Assembly (NCBI GenBank): GCA_965200155.1
Contig: CBDATR010000010.1
Span: forward strand, 256,001 to 320,000
Length of the DNA stretch: 64,000 nucleotides
Direction of reading: 5' to 3'
From: Nitrosopumilaceae archaeon
GTDB lineage: Archaea; Thermoproteota; Nitrososphaeria; Nitrososphaerales; Nitrosopumilaceae
A program made the translations under genes and the position numbers. Positions 20,724-32,030 of the stretch are shown piece after piece (within the stretch, counting starts at the first letter, position 1; every line of letters starts with the position of its first letter). The notes beneath the pieces were generated by a model that was given only the letters and a program-made list of their open reading frames with translations, did not search any database and was not told the DNA's origin.

Positions 20724-21470
20724 TTAGATTTCCACGCGAGGAGCCAGGTAGAAGTGTATATAACCCATATTTGCTATGGTGAATCCCACACGGAGTGGTT
20801 TGGCACTGGAGAATTCGCATGTTATATTCTCTGATGTACCGCCCACTGCACGGACCACCGGTAGCAGGTACTCAAGACTATAAGATCCGGTGCTGTTCTC
20901 ATCGGAGGCAACCTCCGCACTTGACGCGACTACTGCGCCCTCTCCGGAGTCACCCTTGCCGGAGAACTCTGCCCGGTCCCCCTCCACGGCTATGGTTAGG
21001 TATTCGGATATTACCTGAATGTCACCCAGTATCTTGTCCAGTGACGAGGTAGACATTGTAATTTTTGTATCAAATTTTATCTTTGGTAGGGGCGCGTCCA
21101 CCGCAGAGCCCTCGATGAGTTTGATTTTGTACTGCTTGTTCTCACCTATTCCAAGATGTAGTTGTTCATCCTGGGTAATACCAAGCTCCACATCATCACT
21201 CTTGGATGCGCGTTTCACCAGTTTTATTACTTCATCTACCCTTACTCCGAATTTTATCTCAGAATCACACGTATACGTAGAAAAGGCCGCGTTTGGCCAG
21301 GACACATCTATCAATGCCACGTGAGATGGATCCATGCCCCTAAAGGAGATACCCTCGCCGGATGCCTCAAAGGTGGCTTCTTCTACCAGTGTGGATATGG
21401 CGCTTAGCACGGCTTTGATATCATCTGAGCCGGTAGTCTTTGCCTGAAATGTCATGCTAAATTCGCCCAT
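20724..21470 (-). CDS. pcn: PCNA sliding clamp
   Basis: GMDPSHVALI, YSLEYL, FYLAPR motifs. Confidence 0.97.
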   Translation of the reverse strand: MGEFSMTFQAKTTGSDDIKAVLSAISTLVEEATFEASGEGISFRGMDPSHVALIDVSWPNAAFSTYTCDSEIKFGVRVDEVIKLVKRASKSDDVELGITQDEQLHLGIGENKQYKIKLIEGSAVDAPLPKIKFDTKITMSTSSLDKILGDIQVISEYLTIAVEGDRAEFSGKGDSGEGAVVASSAEVASDENSTGSYSLEYLLPVVRAVGGTSENITCEFSSAKPLRVGFTIANMGYIHFYLAPRVEI

Positions 21471-21840
21471 ATACGGTGTTATTAACCATGCTCATTGCAT
21501 GTTTCCCCGTGCAATCATGCAAATAGATTAGCCACTTAGTCATTATATTCTAATTACAAATTTTGTATATAAACAAAATATGGTCTGTGCTTGGCCAAAA
21601 CGCATGAATTTGTACAGATAATTCTGTCTTTTTGCATTGACCTATGTATAAACTCCAATGCATAACTAACCCGGTCTGTGTCCGGACATATTGGAACCCA
21701 TGGCATGGAATGCCATCATTATGCCATAGTGCCGCCCATCATCAAGGCATCCATAATATTTCACGTCCTGCTACTACAGTATACCATTTCCACACTACAC
21801 ACAATCGTGTTATTGGCGCGCAGGTTACACCCTAAAGCCG

Positions 21841-22868
21841 TCAATAGTACGAAAAGTAAGTCCGCTTAGGATCCGGCGTACAGTAGTTCAGATTGCACAA
21901 GCCAGATGGTAAAGAGGATAACAGAGGAATCAAGACAAAAGAGGCGTTGCCGCCACCAAAATAGCTCAAGACCTGAAACAAGACACGTACGAAGATTGTG
22001 AACCAGAGAACGGGGACGACTCAAGATGGGCAGGCCCAAGATACCAATCACCGCCACCCAGATACGAATGGTAACTGAAACATACGGCAAGGATCCCGCC
22101 GGAGTAGTACGTATTGCAAATAGACTTAGACAGAATTACAATATATCGCGCAGTATATCGCATAATGAAAAAGAACGGTACGGCAGGATCATCACCTGCA
22201 AAGTCAGAGTGGGTACACTATGAGCGTAAATATTCCAATGCAATGTGGCACTGGCATGTCATGAAAAGATGAGCGCTTCAGGGGACTGAATCTCATAGAT
22301 GATGCATCCAGGTGCATAGTCGGAGCGGCACTATTTGAGCATACAACCTCAGAGAACGCCACTCTATTACTGAGACTGGCAATGAAACGATTCGGCGCCC
22401 CTGCATCTCGGATAACGGCCGTGTTTCGTAGGACAATAAAAGGGCAAGAAAAGCTGGAAACCCACTATTCTAGGAAGAACTGCTGAATCAAGACATCATA
22501 CTAATCAATTCCAGACCATACCACCCGCAGACAAATGGCAAACTGGAGCGCTTCCATGGAATGATTGAGGACGAGATTTGGCATTATGACAGTCTCCGGG
22601 ATTATGTGGACTACTACAATGAGAGAAGATTGCACGTATGAGTTCACCTGTGTCTAAATTTACGCACAACTGATCGCGACAGTTAATGTGATTTGTGCAT
22701 AAGATTCCGGAAGACGTGAACTCATACGATTGCACTTCTCACTGGATATAGATAACGGCGAAACACCGCTTCAGGAATAAAAAGGCGACCCAGACAATTA
22801 GGGCAAATGATGCAAAATGGATGGAGCGGGATGCCAATGACTAGCGGACCGACTTTTCATACATTACA
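21841..22868 (+). pseudogene. IS481-family element relic (copy A) with nested MITE-1
   Basis: Integrase-core fragments WVRYERKYSN-like, DDASRCIV, PYHPQTNGKLERFH; ends TCAATAGTACGAAAAG / CTTTTCATACATTACA; flanking repeat (TTACA)CCCTAAAGCCG. Confidence 0.87.
22636..22727 (+). mobile_element. MITE-1
   Basis: TIRs; TSD GATTGCAC. Confidence 0.96.
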
Positions 22869-22917
22869 CCCTAAAGCCGCATAACATTAAAATCCATTCT
22901 GTAAGGAAATGTGCATA

Positions 22918-23958
22918 ATGGGGCGTAACAAGAGTGTTTATGCGTCGGTAAAGTCGTATAGCCAGAGAGGCAAGCTGCTGAAACGGGAAGACTACCAGAT
23001 GCTGGCAGAGTCCAGAAACTTGGACGAGTTGGTAACCCGTATGCGTAACACAGTGTACGAAAGCGTCATGGCCGATGTTCCAAAACCCTACACAGCTCAT
23101 GGCATAGAGTCGGCCATTCGAGGCAACTTGGCTCAGGTCCACCACAAGATCTCACAGACCATGAGACGTTCTGCCATACTGGACGCATACTACATGAAGT
23201 TCATAATATTCAACCTAAAGATCATCCTGAAAGGAAAAGTCTTGGGAAAGAGCCAGGAGGACATAGAGGTTCACGTAAATTTGCGCGCAGAAGAGCTGCT
23301 CAAACAGCGAGAAATAGTAATGAAGGCGCTAGTGGCAAAGGATTTGGAGGAGGCAGTAGCCAATCTTAGCGGAACACGGTTCGGCGAGGAGATAATGCAG
23401 GCGGCAACCGCCTACAACGACAAGAAGAGTATTCAGGTATTTGACACATATTTTGATAAGATACTATATAGGCATCTCAGTCGTGCCCTCAGGGATAATC
23501 AGGATCACGACGTAAAGAGAATAGTAGGTCTGGACATAGATTCGTATAATCTCTTGTGTGTCATACGGGGCAAGTTCTGGAATCTGGATGAGGGGGCCAT
23601 AACAGACATGCTAGTCCAACCCACGGCTTCGGCGCCTCAGGAGTTATTGAGCAGAATGATAGCCGCGGGATCAGTGCGGGATACGCTAAATGAGCTGAAT
23701 AGTACCAAATACAAGAATCTGATTCCACAGGCCGACGATGAGATGGATGCGCTAGCCGAGTTTGAGAAGAGAGTTGAGAGACAGATATACGCCGCATCGG
23801 CACGCTCATTCACCAAGATGTTCGGCTTTGCAACAATAATCGGAATAACAAAACTGACCGGATACGAGGCACAGAATCTATCCGCGATTGCTTTTGCCGT
23901 AGGGCAGGGCATATCACCCAAGGTTACCGTGACCAAACTGGTGTTCGGCGGGGAGTAA
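22918..23958 (+). CDS. A/V-type ATP synthase subunit C
   Basis: RGKLLKREDY, NLKIILKGK, IDSYNLL, YEAQNL motifs of the vATP-synt_AC39 family. Confidence 0.88.
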   Translation: MGRNKSVYASVKSYSQRGKLLKREDYQMLAESRNLDELVTRMRNTVYESVMADVPKPYTAHGIESAIRGNLAQVHHKISQTMRRSAILDAYYMKFIIFNLKIILKGKVLGKSQEDIEVHVNLRAEELLKQREIVMKALVAKDLEEAVANLSGTRFGEEIMQAATAYNDKKSIQVFDTYFDKILYRHLSRALRDNQDHDVKRIVGLDIDSYNLLCVIRGKFWNLDEGAITDMLVQPTASAPQELLSRMIAAGSVRDTLNELNSTKYKNLIPQADDEMDALAEFEKRVERQIYAASARSFTKMFGFATIIGITKLTGYEAQNLSAIAFAVGQGISPKVTVTKLVFGGE

Positions 23959-24020
23959 ACTGTGCGCCTTAACCAAGGCCCGCATTAACATATATCACAC
24001 TCGTTATACATGATAAAATT

Positions 24021-24671
24021 ATGATGGGCGATCGTGATTACCGTTCTGTCATAAACAATACCCTAGAGTCACTGGGCAAAGAACTACAGCCAAGGATTGA
24101 CGCTAAGGACGCCAACGTAATACATCTCAGCGAGGTAGTCAGGTGTCTGCGCCGTGCATACTATGACAGAACCAGTCCCATAAACCAGGAATACCGCGGA
24201 TTCAGCGAGTTGATAGCGGGACTGTTACACAAGCTGCAGTATGGCGCCAAACCTGCAACATACGAAATGGGCGACATATCACTCCGGGGCGAGGCAGATA
24301 TGGTAATAGACGATTTGGTCATAATTTTCAGGCCTGCGGATCAGCTTATGGAGAATCCCCGGGCGGGAGATATGCTATACCTGAATGCGTGTATGTGGAT
24401 GTACAACAAGTATGACGGCATCATCGTATACGTGACAGGAGATAGACACGAATCGTCCTTTTCCCTTACTCGTAGCAAGCACATGTTTGAGGAGACGGTA
24501 CGCCGGGTTCGGGTTCTAAGCGAGATGTTACCAAAAAACAAGACACCAATCCTTGAGCCATCAGTGGACTGTGAAGATTGCCAGTACTACCAGAGATGCT
24601 TCACCCGCAGGAAAGAGAGTAAAACAGTCACCTTGGCCAGCATGCTAGGACTAAGTAAGAATCCCGAATAA
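24021..24671 (+). CDS. Solo Cas4-like PD-(D/E)XK protein
   Basis: HLSEVVRCLRRAYY, LRGEAD, C-terminal CEDCQYYQRC (1+3 Cys Fe-S pattern). Confidence 0.75.
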   Translation: MMGDRDYRSVINNTLESLGKELQPRIDAKDANVIHLSEVVRCLRRAYYDRTSPINQEYRGFSELIAGLLHKLQYGAKPATYEMGDISLRGEADMVIDDLVIIFRPADQLMENPRAGDMLYLNACMWMYNKYDGIIVYVTGDRHESSFSLTRSKHMFEETVRRVRVLSEMLPKNKTPILEPSVDCEDCQYYQRCFTRRKESKTVTLASMLGLSKNPE

Positions 24672-24693
24672 AATGAAAAAGATTGAAGCGTAT

Positions 24694-24813
24694 CTACTCT
24701 ATAGGCGTGTGGTGTCCCTTGCCGCGTAGGGCAAAGCACACTACTGCCATTGCTATAGCAACTCCAACTGTCGCGCCGTAAGCTGCCATTCCCGCTTCTG
24801 CCATGCTAACCAT
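24694..24813 (-). CDS. Small membrane protein (39 aa, below ORF-track cutoff)
   Basis: MVSMAEAGMAAYGATVGVAIAMAVVCFALRGKGHHTPIE*; AT-rich TTTAAA upstream. Confidence 0.6.
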   Translation of the reverse strand: MVSMAEAGMAAYGATVGVAIAMAVVCFALRGKGHHTPIE

Positions 24814-24892
24814 GACTTTTTTAATACATTTAAAACTTTGTTAGTTTTATTTTTATTTTTTTATAGTATAATTTGAATATTATTATATTATA

Positions 24893-25432
24893 TTAATTCA
24901 GCAACTGATCAAACGTAACCTCATTCTCCTGGCCAGCAGTCATGGAACTGAGATTAAAGAATGCCTCACCGGTTACTCGCCAGGATGTAGTGCCTGACTC
25001 CAGCGCCGTCCAGAACCGTCCGGCCTCACCGGGGTTTTCCAGAACTATCCTGTCCCGCAGGGTGACAGAACCGCCACCCAGTATGGTATAGTATTCAGAG
25101 GAATCAACCATGCCGCCGGAACGGGTGCCCACTTGTCCCGCGATCACCCTCTCACCACTCTCAAATATTTGATACTTCACCAGCGACAGAAGGGTCGGTT
25201 TCGAGTTTGGATTGGTAATGGTCAGCACAAGCTCCAAGGTGGCGCCATCAGAATTTAGATTCACAACCTGCACATCATCAACGTTGATTGTAACAGGCGC
25301 TACTTGTGGTATAGTGCCGGGCTCAGTGGCAACATCACCATCCAACAGGGAGTTACCCAGCACCATCATGAACACAATGCCACCCCCGATGGCAGCAATG
25401 GCCACCCCCACGAGGATTTTAGGGTTCAGCAT
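24893..25432 (-). CDS. Membrane-anchored LEA_2/WHy-like protein
   Basis: N-terminal TM helix; L-x-ITNPN motif. Confidence 0.7.
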   Translation of the reverse strand: MLNPKILVGVAIAAIGGGIVFMMVLGNSLLDGDVATEPGTIPQVAPVTINVDDVQVVNLNSDGATLELVLTITNPNSKPTLLSLVKYQIFESGERVIAGQVGTRSGGMVDSSEYYTILGGGSVTLRDRIVLENPGEAGRFWTALESGTTSWRVTGEAFFNLSSMTAGQENEVTFDQLLN

Positions 25433-25530
25433 ACAGATTCATTATTGCTTGTGTGATAAATATTGAACGCTGCCAGCGGTGAACAGTCCTATGTGTATTG
25501 GATTAAATTTTGGTGATTCTGCTACATACC

Positions 25531-25887
25531 ATGAAACAATCTCCTGATCATACTACCGTGTATGTGGACGGATCCGGGGGCGAGAATAGTGGGTACGGAT
25601 ATGTGGTGCCGGAAACCGGAGAGTCCCACTATATCTACGAGCCCGGCCTTACAAACAACCAAGCAGAGTACAAGGCCATTCTAGCTGCTCTGGAGAAATA
25701 TGACTCACCAGCTACGATATACAGCGACTCCAAGGTTGTAGTCTCCCAGATAAATCACGAGTATGCAATCAATAACGGGGTTCTCCGGGACATGGCTCGC
25801 AAGGTGTGGGCCATCAAGGATAAAGGCACCCACATACGGTGGATATCACGCAAGGATAATGCGGCAGGCAAGATGTTGGGCAGTTAA
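25531..25887 (+). CDS. rnhA: Ribonuclease HI family protein
   Basis: YVDGS, TNNQAEYKA, SDSKVVVSQ, WISRKDNAA motifs. Confidence 0.88.
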   Translation: MKQSPDHTTVYVDGSGGENSGYGYVVPETGESHYIYEPGLTNNQAEYKAILAALEKYDSPATIYSDSKVVVSQINHEYAINNGVLRDMARKVWAIKDKGTHIRWISRKDNAAGKMLGS

Positions 25888-25912
25888 ACACGATAATAAT
25901 TCAGCACGCATT

Positions 25913-26338
25913 ATGCCGCTACCTGTTAGCCTCAAAGAACTGCGCAAGGAGACGGTTGCCATAAATACCGGCAAGGATACCCCTGCCTTATTGCAGTACT
26001 TTGAGGCAGTTCGGAAGGGAAAACAGCGGGCCTCCCAATCCCAGATGAAGTTGTTCGATGTGGTAGGTTTTGCTATGCTTACGCTAACCACCAAAAAGGT
26101 GTCAGGGCAGTTCCTGCCCGTGGGTGAGGAAGAGTACGGGGCCATAATTTGTAATGATGAGGGGCATGTTGTATTAGTGGTAGACGAGGACGGCTTTACA
26201 AAGAGCCAATCAAAAGCAATGAGCAAGGAAGATGCGTTTACAATTTTTGCCAAATTACCACAAGATATCAGACCATACCCGGGCACCAGCATAACATTGT
26301 GGGCCAGGACATGTCCTACAGTACACGCGGGTAACTAG
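25913..26338 (+). CDS. Hypothetical protein
   Basis: ORF fills the gap between rnhA and pyrH; start inferred at MPLPV. Confidence 0.6.
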   Translation: MPLPVSLKELRKETVAINTGKDTPALLQYFEAVRKGKQRASQSQMKLFDVVGFAMLTLTTKKVSGQFLPVGEEEYGAIICNDEGHVVLVVDEDGFTKSQSKAMSKEDAFTIFAKLPQDIRPYPGTSITLWARTCPTVHAGN

Positions 26339-27018
26339 TGAAGAATTTCCGTACCTACGACGCCGTTACCGGAGATAATTTTTATCAGGTTTTCTGGACT
26401 GGCACGAATTATTCTGGTGGGTATTGCAGAGCGCTCAATTACTTTGAGGGCTATTATGTCCATGAGATCGTATCCACCGGCGATAGATTCCTCCCGCACC
26501 AGCATATTCCGCAGGGACTCAATGTTAATGGTCTGCAAGAGTCGCGCCTCCCGGTTGGTATTGGGATCCGAATCGTATACACCTTCCACATCGGTGGCAT
26601 TTAGAAACATCTCGGCGCCCACCCTCTCTGCAATAAGTGCGGCAGTGCCATTTGTACTCTGACCGGGGTAAAGGCCGCCGGACACTACTATTAATCCACT
26701 GTCCGCGGCCGTATTGACCTCACGCAAAGTCGTGGGCGTATGGGGATATGCACCGGTACTCAGGGCGCATGCCAGGAGCTTGGCGTTTAATCTGGATACA
26801 TCTATCCCCAACTCATCCAAAGTAGACTCATCAGCACCCACAAGCCTGGCTCGACTTATGTAATAGCGGGCAATCTCCCCGCCCCCGGCTATGACAATTG
26901 GTTGTACATCATAGTTGTCTCGCATCATGCCCAATACCGATGCATACTCCCCCATGACTTTGGAATTATCCCTGGCAAAGACCCTACCGGACAATTTCAT
27001 TACAATACGCCGTTTCAC
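26335..27018 (-). CDS. pyrH: UMP kinase
   Basis: [33 protein letters not shown] motifs. Confidence 0.95.
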   Translation of the reverse strand: MKRRIVMKLSGRVFARDNSKVMGEYASVLGMMRDNYDVQPIVIAGGGEIARYYISRARLVGADESTLDELGIDVSRLNAKLLACALSTGAYPHTPTTLREVNTAADSGLIVVSGGLYPGQSTNGTAALIAERVGAEMFLNATDVEGVYDSDPNTNREARLLQTINIESLRNMLVREESIAGGYDLMDIIALKVIERSAIPTRIIRASPENLIKIISGNGVVGTEILH

Positions 27019-27058
27019 GCACGCATGCCATTGCGTGCTAATTTAAGTCTGGAGATTA

Positions 27059-28505
27059 TAGCGGTCACCGTAAGTCTTTGAGAACATGGCACCTCATTCC
27101 TGGACAGTGCATGGGTTTGGCTTGTCACCATTATTCTCGCCCTGACGCCTCCGGTTGGGCGGGGAACGGTTCCCCGCCCCCCGGACGACACGCTCTGCCG
27201 CCCCATACAGGGAAACCGGTTACTAAACGCCGCGTTGATATCGGCGTGAAATTCCTGGTTACATATTGAGTGTCCCTAGTTGATCGTGATTTGTCGTCAA
27301 CGTGTCCACACACGTGATAGGTCTGGCTCGTTGGGCGGGTAAACCGCTCCCTCGTGTATTTCGCTGGCACAGCCACCAATTCAATCCCCAGTGCCTCGCA
27401 CTTTTGCTCCACTCTCCGGCGGAACTCACCTACCCAGTTCTCGCGCATAGAGCGGTTCATTGTTCTTTTGTGGTTCCCACCATGACTGGTCATTGATTTC
27501 GGTGATAAATCCTCTAGTACCACCTTGTCCACACTTTTGGTGATCGCGTGAACGATTCTATTCATGGAGTCGTTTCGCTATGTTGTTGGCTTTCTGTCGT
27601 AACTGAATGATTGTATGAGTTCACGTCTTCCGGAGTCTTACGCACAAATCACATTAACTGTCGCGATCAGTTATGCGTAAATTTAGACACAAGTGAACTC
27701 ATACTAATCGTGTTCCCGTTCGTGTCCGCCAAATGTTTACCGCCAACGTCCACGCAGCGAACAACGCCGGTTGACACGTGCCTTTCAGACACCATTCCAA
27801 CATTGATGTGAATCTCGAATTGACGCTCCCTGCTCTTGTTAACTCGTTCCACTAGAATGAGCGCATCTCCCCGGGAACGATCGATTGGTTGTTCTCACCA
27901 CGCCAAAACCGCACAGGCCCAACTCGAACTCACCACGACGGATTGGTGACCCCACACATGATAGTATGATTCTGTCATTGTCACGCCGGTGTGGCATGTC
28001 ATTGGAATAATCCCGTATGCGCGCCTGCACGCGACAGACGCCTGTAGTATGGCACTCCGGCCATAGTTAGCTGGTAACTCGCGCATCCACTCCAGATCAG
28101 GGCGCCACTTTGTCTATTTCAGGAACAACCCATTCTTGTTGGACGGGTAAACCGTCCCCCGATAACCGTTCTAGAACGTGGTAGCTGATTCAAGTATAAT
28201 GAATCACCCTTCTTTAGGCCGTATGGTGACTTGGCGTACTCGTTCTTATTCTTGATCTTGGCCGGATCATGCTTCAATTCAAGAGTGGTTCCGGGTATGT
28301 AGTAACCGCCAAGACTGATCTCGGATACGGCTCTATTATAGACATAATCGGATGTGTGACCAAATATCTTGGCGCGCCGGAAGAATTCCCTATCCGTTTT
28401 CAACTGCATTCCGGGTTATGTCATCCATCATCTGGTGATTCTACTCTGGTAGTGTTTCTATAAAAGTACGGTCCTATACCCGGCAAAGACTTATGGTGGG
28501 CGCTA
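27059..28505 (-). mobile_element. tnpB: TIR-bounded TnpB element (subfamily A, copy 2), pseudogenised
   Basis: Homologous to 15053-16583; ends TAGCGGTCACCGTAAGTCTTTG / CAAAGACTTATGGTGGGCGCTA; TA on both flanks. Confidence 0.88.
27613..27704 (-). mobile_element. MITE-1 without TSD (adjacent deletion in tnpB)
   Basis: Flanks GAATGATT / TAATCGTG; sequence present in copy 1 is missing here. Confidence 0.92.
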
Positions 28506-28674
28506 TACATCGCCGGTAACAGCATTACACAGCTTTTGGTTGTCCAGCTGGTGGGATATCATAAACTCGCTCTCAGATTGAACCCCGAAGGCCCGTCACG
28601 CGTATGAGTGCAAGGATAGGTAAACTTATGCTATAACGTAGTTCGCTGATTTGTAATTCGCAAGCGATCACGTG

Positions 28675-29985
28675 TTACCGGCGGCGAGCCACGATTATAG
28701 CTATCAGTACGGCAAGAACAATGACCGCCACAATAATTAGTAGCATGGTATCAAGACCGGTGCCGGAGTCTCCTGCATCCAGCCCGGACAGTCCCGGTAT
28801 GGGCGAGGTCGACCTGTCTTGTACAACAGGCTCATCCACCATAATGGTAGTCTGGTGCGTCAGAAAGTGCTCCTCCCGTACATCATCTTTGTAACGGAGA
28901 GTTATCTCTACGTCATGCTCTCCGTATGTGGGAGAACCATCAAACTCCAGTGGGAGATTGAAGGGTACCGGCGAATCTGTCTCTATCTCGTCTATGAACT
29001 GTGTCTGGGAACGTATATTGGAATCACCTGTAGGGTCCAGGGAGACAAAACCGAATCGAGCATCCTCGTTGCCCTCGTTTATGATCTCGCCTATGACCAT
29101 AAGGTTGTCAGATATAGTGATAGTCTCTACTCCGTATATCACCGCATCTACGAGTCCTCGCACGTAAAAGTCGACGGTCTTGTTCTGTGTAACCTTGTTC
29201 CCGTGCGCGTCAAAATGCGTAATCTCCAGCGGCAACCGCAAAATGTCCCCCCGCATAGTCTCCGGTATGTATATTGTGACATCCAGGAGTGCCACTGAGT
29301 GGGGCTCTATATTTCCCAAGTCCCAGCTGGACTCGTATATCACCACATTACTCGTGCTGGTTTGTGTGTTGTCCATGGCACGCACATCAAGTCCCAATGT
29401 CCTTACATCCACACTGGACATGGGGGCGGTGCCGTTGTTCACAAGTTGTATTGTGGCGGTATTGGCCTGAAGTGACACAAGGAAGGGATCCATCGCGGTC
29501 ACATGTAAAGTACTGCTTCCGGGAACCCGGAAGTAGAAATCAAAGTAGGCATTACGCAATCCCGACTCGCGAAGTCTGGAATATTCCACCTTGGCGGCGC
29601 CAGGATACTGCTGTATTGATATGTTGGGCTCCAAATTTAGAAAGAAGGTGAGATAAAATACCTCCCCGGCCTCGGAGTTGGTATTGCTGTCCGATTGGGC
29701 CACGTATCCGATACTGTCCGACGGAGTAAATCCGTATGGTAGTGAGAGCTCACCACGAATTCCGGTTATATCATGAGTTCCCACATTGGCCAGCACTATC
29801 GTAAAGGGCACATTCTTGTCACCGGGCGAGACCTCTGACTGGTTCTCAAATGTGCCAAAGTATGAATCCAGGAATTTTATGTCTCCAAAATCCCTCTCAA
29901 AGGGAGAATCGCCAAAGCCCTGGGCAAAAGCCAGACCAAACAGTGAGGTAGCCAAAACTACACCCAGAAACAAAGCCACAATCAT
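28675..29985 (-). CDS. COG1361-like S-layer-domain protein
   Basis: Signal peptide, repeated N-x-G beta-sandwich motifs, C-terminal TM plus RRR; in an ABC operon. Confidence 0.75.
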   Translation of the reverse strand: MIVALFLGVVLATSLFGLAFAQGFGDSPFERDFGDIKFLDSYFGTFENQSEVSPGDKNVPFTIVLANVGTHDITGIRGELSLPYGFTPSDSIGYVAQSDSNTNSEAGEVFYLTFFLNLEPNISIQQYPGAAKVEYSRLRESGLRNAYFDFYFRVPGSSTLHVTAMDPFLVSLQANTATIQLVNNGTAPMSSVDVRTLGLDVRAMDNTQTSTSNVVIYESSWDLGNIEPHSVALLDVTIYIPETMRGDILRLPLEITHFDAHGNKVTQNKTVDFYVRGLVDAVIYGVETITISDNLMVIGEIINEGNEDARFGFVSLDPTGDSNIRSQTQFIDEIETDSPVPFNLPLEFDGSPTYGEHDVEITLRYKDDVREEHFLTHQTTIMVDEPVVQDRSTSPIPGLSGLDAGDSGTGLDTMLLIIVAVIVLAVLIAIIVARRR

Positions 29986-30674
29986 ATTGGAACACCCATT
30001 CTATACTGCGGAGTAATGGCACCGTCTCTCATATTTATTATACGATCCACATCGCCAAAATCGTTCGGATCATGGGTCACCACCACAAATGTCTGGTTGA
30101 GTTTATGACACATGGACTTGAGTAGCTGTACAATGTTCTCCGAGTTAGTTGAGTCCAGGTTTCCAGTGGGCTCATCGGCCAACACTAACGCGGGTCGGTT
30201 GGCCAATCCTCGGGCAATGGCGGCACGCTGCGCCTGGCCACCAGAGATGCGATCCGCCCTTTTGTACATATGATCTTCCAGTCCCACTGTACGAAGGAGT
30301 TCCTTGGCGTACTCTTTGGCGTTACTCCCGCCAGCAACCTGTACCGGCAACATCACGTTCTCTAGTACGGTTAGATCCACCAGCAGGTTGGAGAACTGGA
30401 ATACAAAACCAAGTTTCTTACTGCGGAAAGTGGATGTCTTGGACTCGTTAAGTGAGGTGGTGTCGATGCCGTCTATTCTTATGGTACCGTCATCAGGCTT
30501 GTCCAGTAAGCCAATCTGGTTAAGCAGGGTAGTCTTGCCGGAACCGGAACTCCCAGATATCAGTACAAACTGGCCTCTTTTTATGGTGAAGGACACCTCA
30601 TTCAATGCCAAGAAGCGGTTCTCGCCCTGTCCATACTCCTTGGTCAGGCCGGTGACTTCCAGTATATCATCCAT
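29982..30674 (-). CDS. ABC transporter ATP-binding protein (LolD/MacB-like)
   Basis: [25 protein letters not shown] motifs. Confidence 0.95.
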   Translation of the reverse strand: MDDILEVTGLTKEYGQGENRFLALNEVSFTIKRGQFVLISGSSGSGKTTLLNQIGLLDKPDDGTIRIDGIDTTSLNESKTSTFRSKKLGFVFQFSNLLVDLTVLENVMLPVQVAGGSNAKEYAKELLRTVGLEDHMYKRADRISGGQAQRAAIARGLANRPALVLADEPTGNLDSTNSENIVQLLKSMCHKLNQTFVVVTHDPNDFGDVDRIINMRDGAITPQYRMGVPI

Positions 30675-31875
30675 ATCTCATTGCCTCCACCGGCAATAGC
30701 CTGGTAGCCCTGTAGGACGGATACAGTGACGCAATCATGGCAAGAGCAAAAGACGTAGCTGCGGTCTGTCCTATTTTGAACCAGTCATAAGATACCTCCA
30801 GGGGCAGGCTGTTGTTGAAGGAGAGCTTGGTCTCCTTGGCATAGAATGTGTACGCAAGACCCGCGGACGTTCCCACGCCAGCTCCAATGGCACCAATCAG
30901 CATACCCTGTATGAGAAATATTATCAGAACATCCCTTCGTCGTGCCCCAATCGACCTCATAATGCCTATCTCCTTGGTCTTGCCATTGACCAGCATCATC
31001 TGAATTGTCACTATGGCAAAGGCCGAAGACATCATGCCAAAGTATCCAATTAGGTTTATCATTGCTATGCCAGAACGGAAGCCAGCCAATTGTTGCTCGG
31101 CAGACTCCTCCAGAGTCTCTGCCACAAAGTCCTGGTATGGGAAGGACACCAAAAAGAGATCCCGAACCTCCTCTGCCCTGTCCGGATCCACGCGAACCAT
31201 TATAGAACCGGTAACACCATCTCGGCCAAGCATATCCCGCAATGTATCTATATGTAAGACTGCCCGAAAGTCCAGACCCTGCCCTCCAGGAGAGTTGGAT
31301 ATGCCAGATACCACCAACCGTCTCACCTGATCTTGCCCCCAGCGATCGGTGACACCCAGTTGTACGGCGTCACCAACCTGCACATCACCCAAATCCCTGG
31401 CCACTGTTGCTCCCAGAACTATGGAGTTGCGTGCATAGACATAGGTACCGTCATTTACGGTAGTGTGCGCAGTGGATGCGCGCACATCCTGAATAGGATC
31501 CACACCCAGAAGAGAAACCCTGCTGTTCTGTATTAGCTGGCCATTCTTTGTCATATTTATCTCACCGCTACCGGATAATCGGGGGGCCGCGGCATCCACA
31601 TAAGGTATACGCTCAAACCAGTTTATTAGGGTCCTATCTGACATCTCGATAAGGCCACGCTCATGAGTGACTAGTAACTCCCCGTTATGGTATTCGGTGA
31701 TATCCCGAACTATGGCGTCGTACAATCCCTGAAATACTACAAAATTCACGTGTAGTACCAGGATGCCCACGGTGACTGCCATGATGGCGCCTATCAGACT
31801 TCCCTTCTTGTTAAATAGCATTTTCCTAGAAAGGTTTAGTCTGTAATCCATCCTGTCTTTAGAAGCACTTTTCAC
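30667..31875 (-). CDS. ABC transporter permease (FtsX/LolC-like)
   Basis: KEIGIMRSIGA, YPSYRATRL motifs; 4-TM topology. Confidence 0.92.
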   Translation of the reverse strand: MKSASKDRMDYRLNLSRKMLFNKKGSLIGAIMAVTVGILVLHVNFVVFQGLYDAIVRDITEYHNGELLVTHERGLIEMSDRTLINWFERIPYVDAAAPRLSGSGEINMTKNGQLIQNSRVSLLGVDPIQDVRASTAHTTVNDGTYVYARNSIVLGATVARDLGDVQVGDAVQLGVTDRWGQDQVRRLVVSGISNSPGGQGLDFRAVLHIDTLRDMLGRDGVTGSIMVRVDPDRAEEVRDLFLVSFPYQDFVAETLEESAEQQLAGFRSGIAMINLIGYFGMMSSAFAIVTIQMMLVNGKTKEIGIMRSIGARRRDVLIIFLIQGMLIGAIGAGVGTSAGLAYTFYAKETKLSFNNSLPLEVSYDWFKIGQTAATSFALAMIASLYPSYRATRLLPVEAMRYG

Positions 31876-32030
31876 TATTTAGTTATACGGTTATCCTAGT
31901 GCTAACTGTCCAAGTGGCAGTCACACTTCCCCCCACCATGGTACCGGTATGCTCCCGGCGGACATGTATGCACTGCACACGTCAGAATGGCGCGCCGAGG
32001 ATTGTGGAATTTGGCACCATTGCGCCCCAG

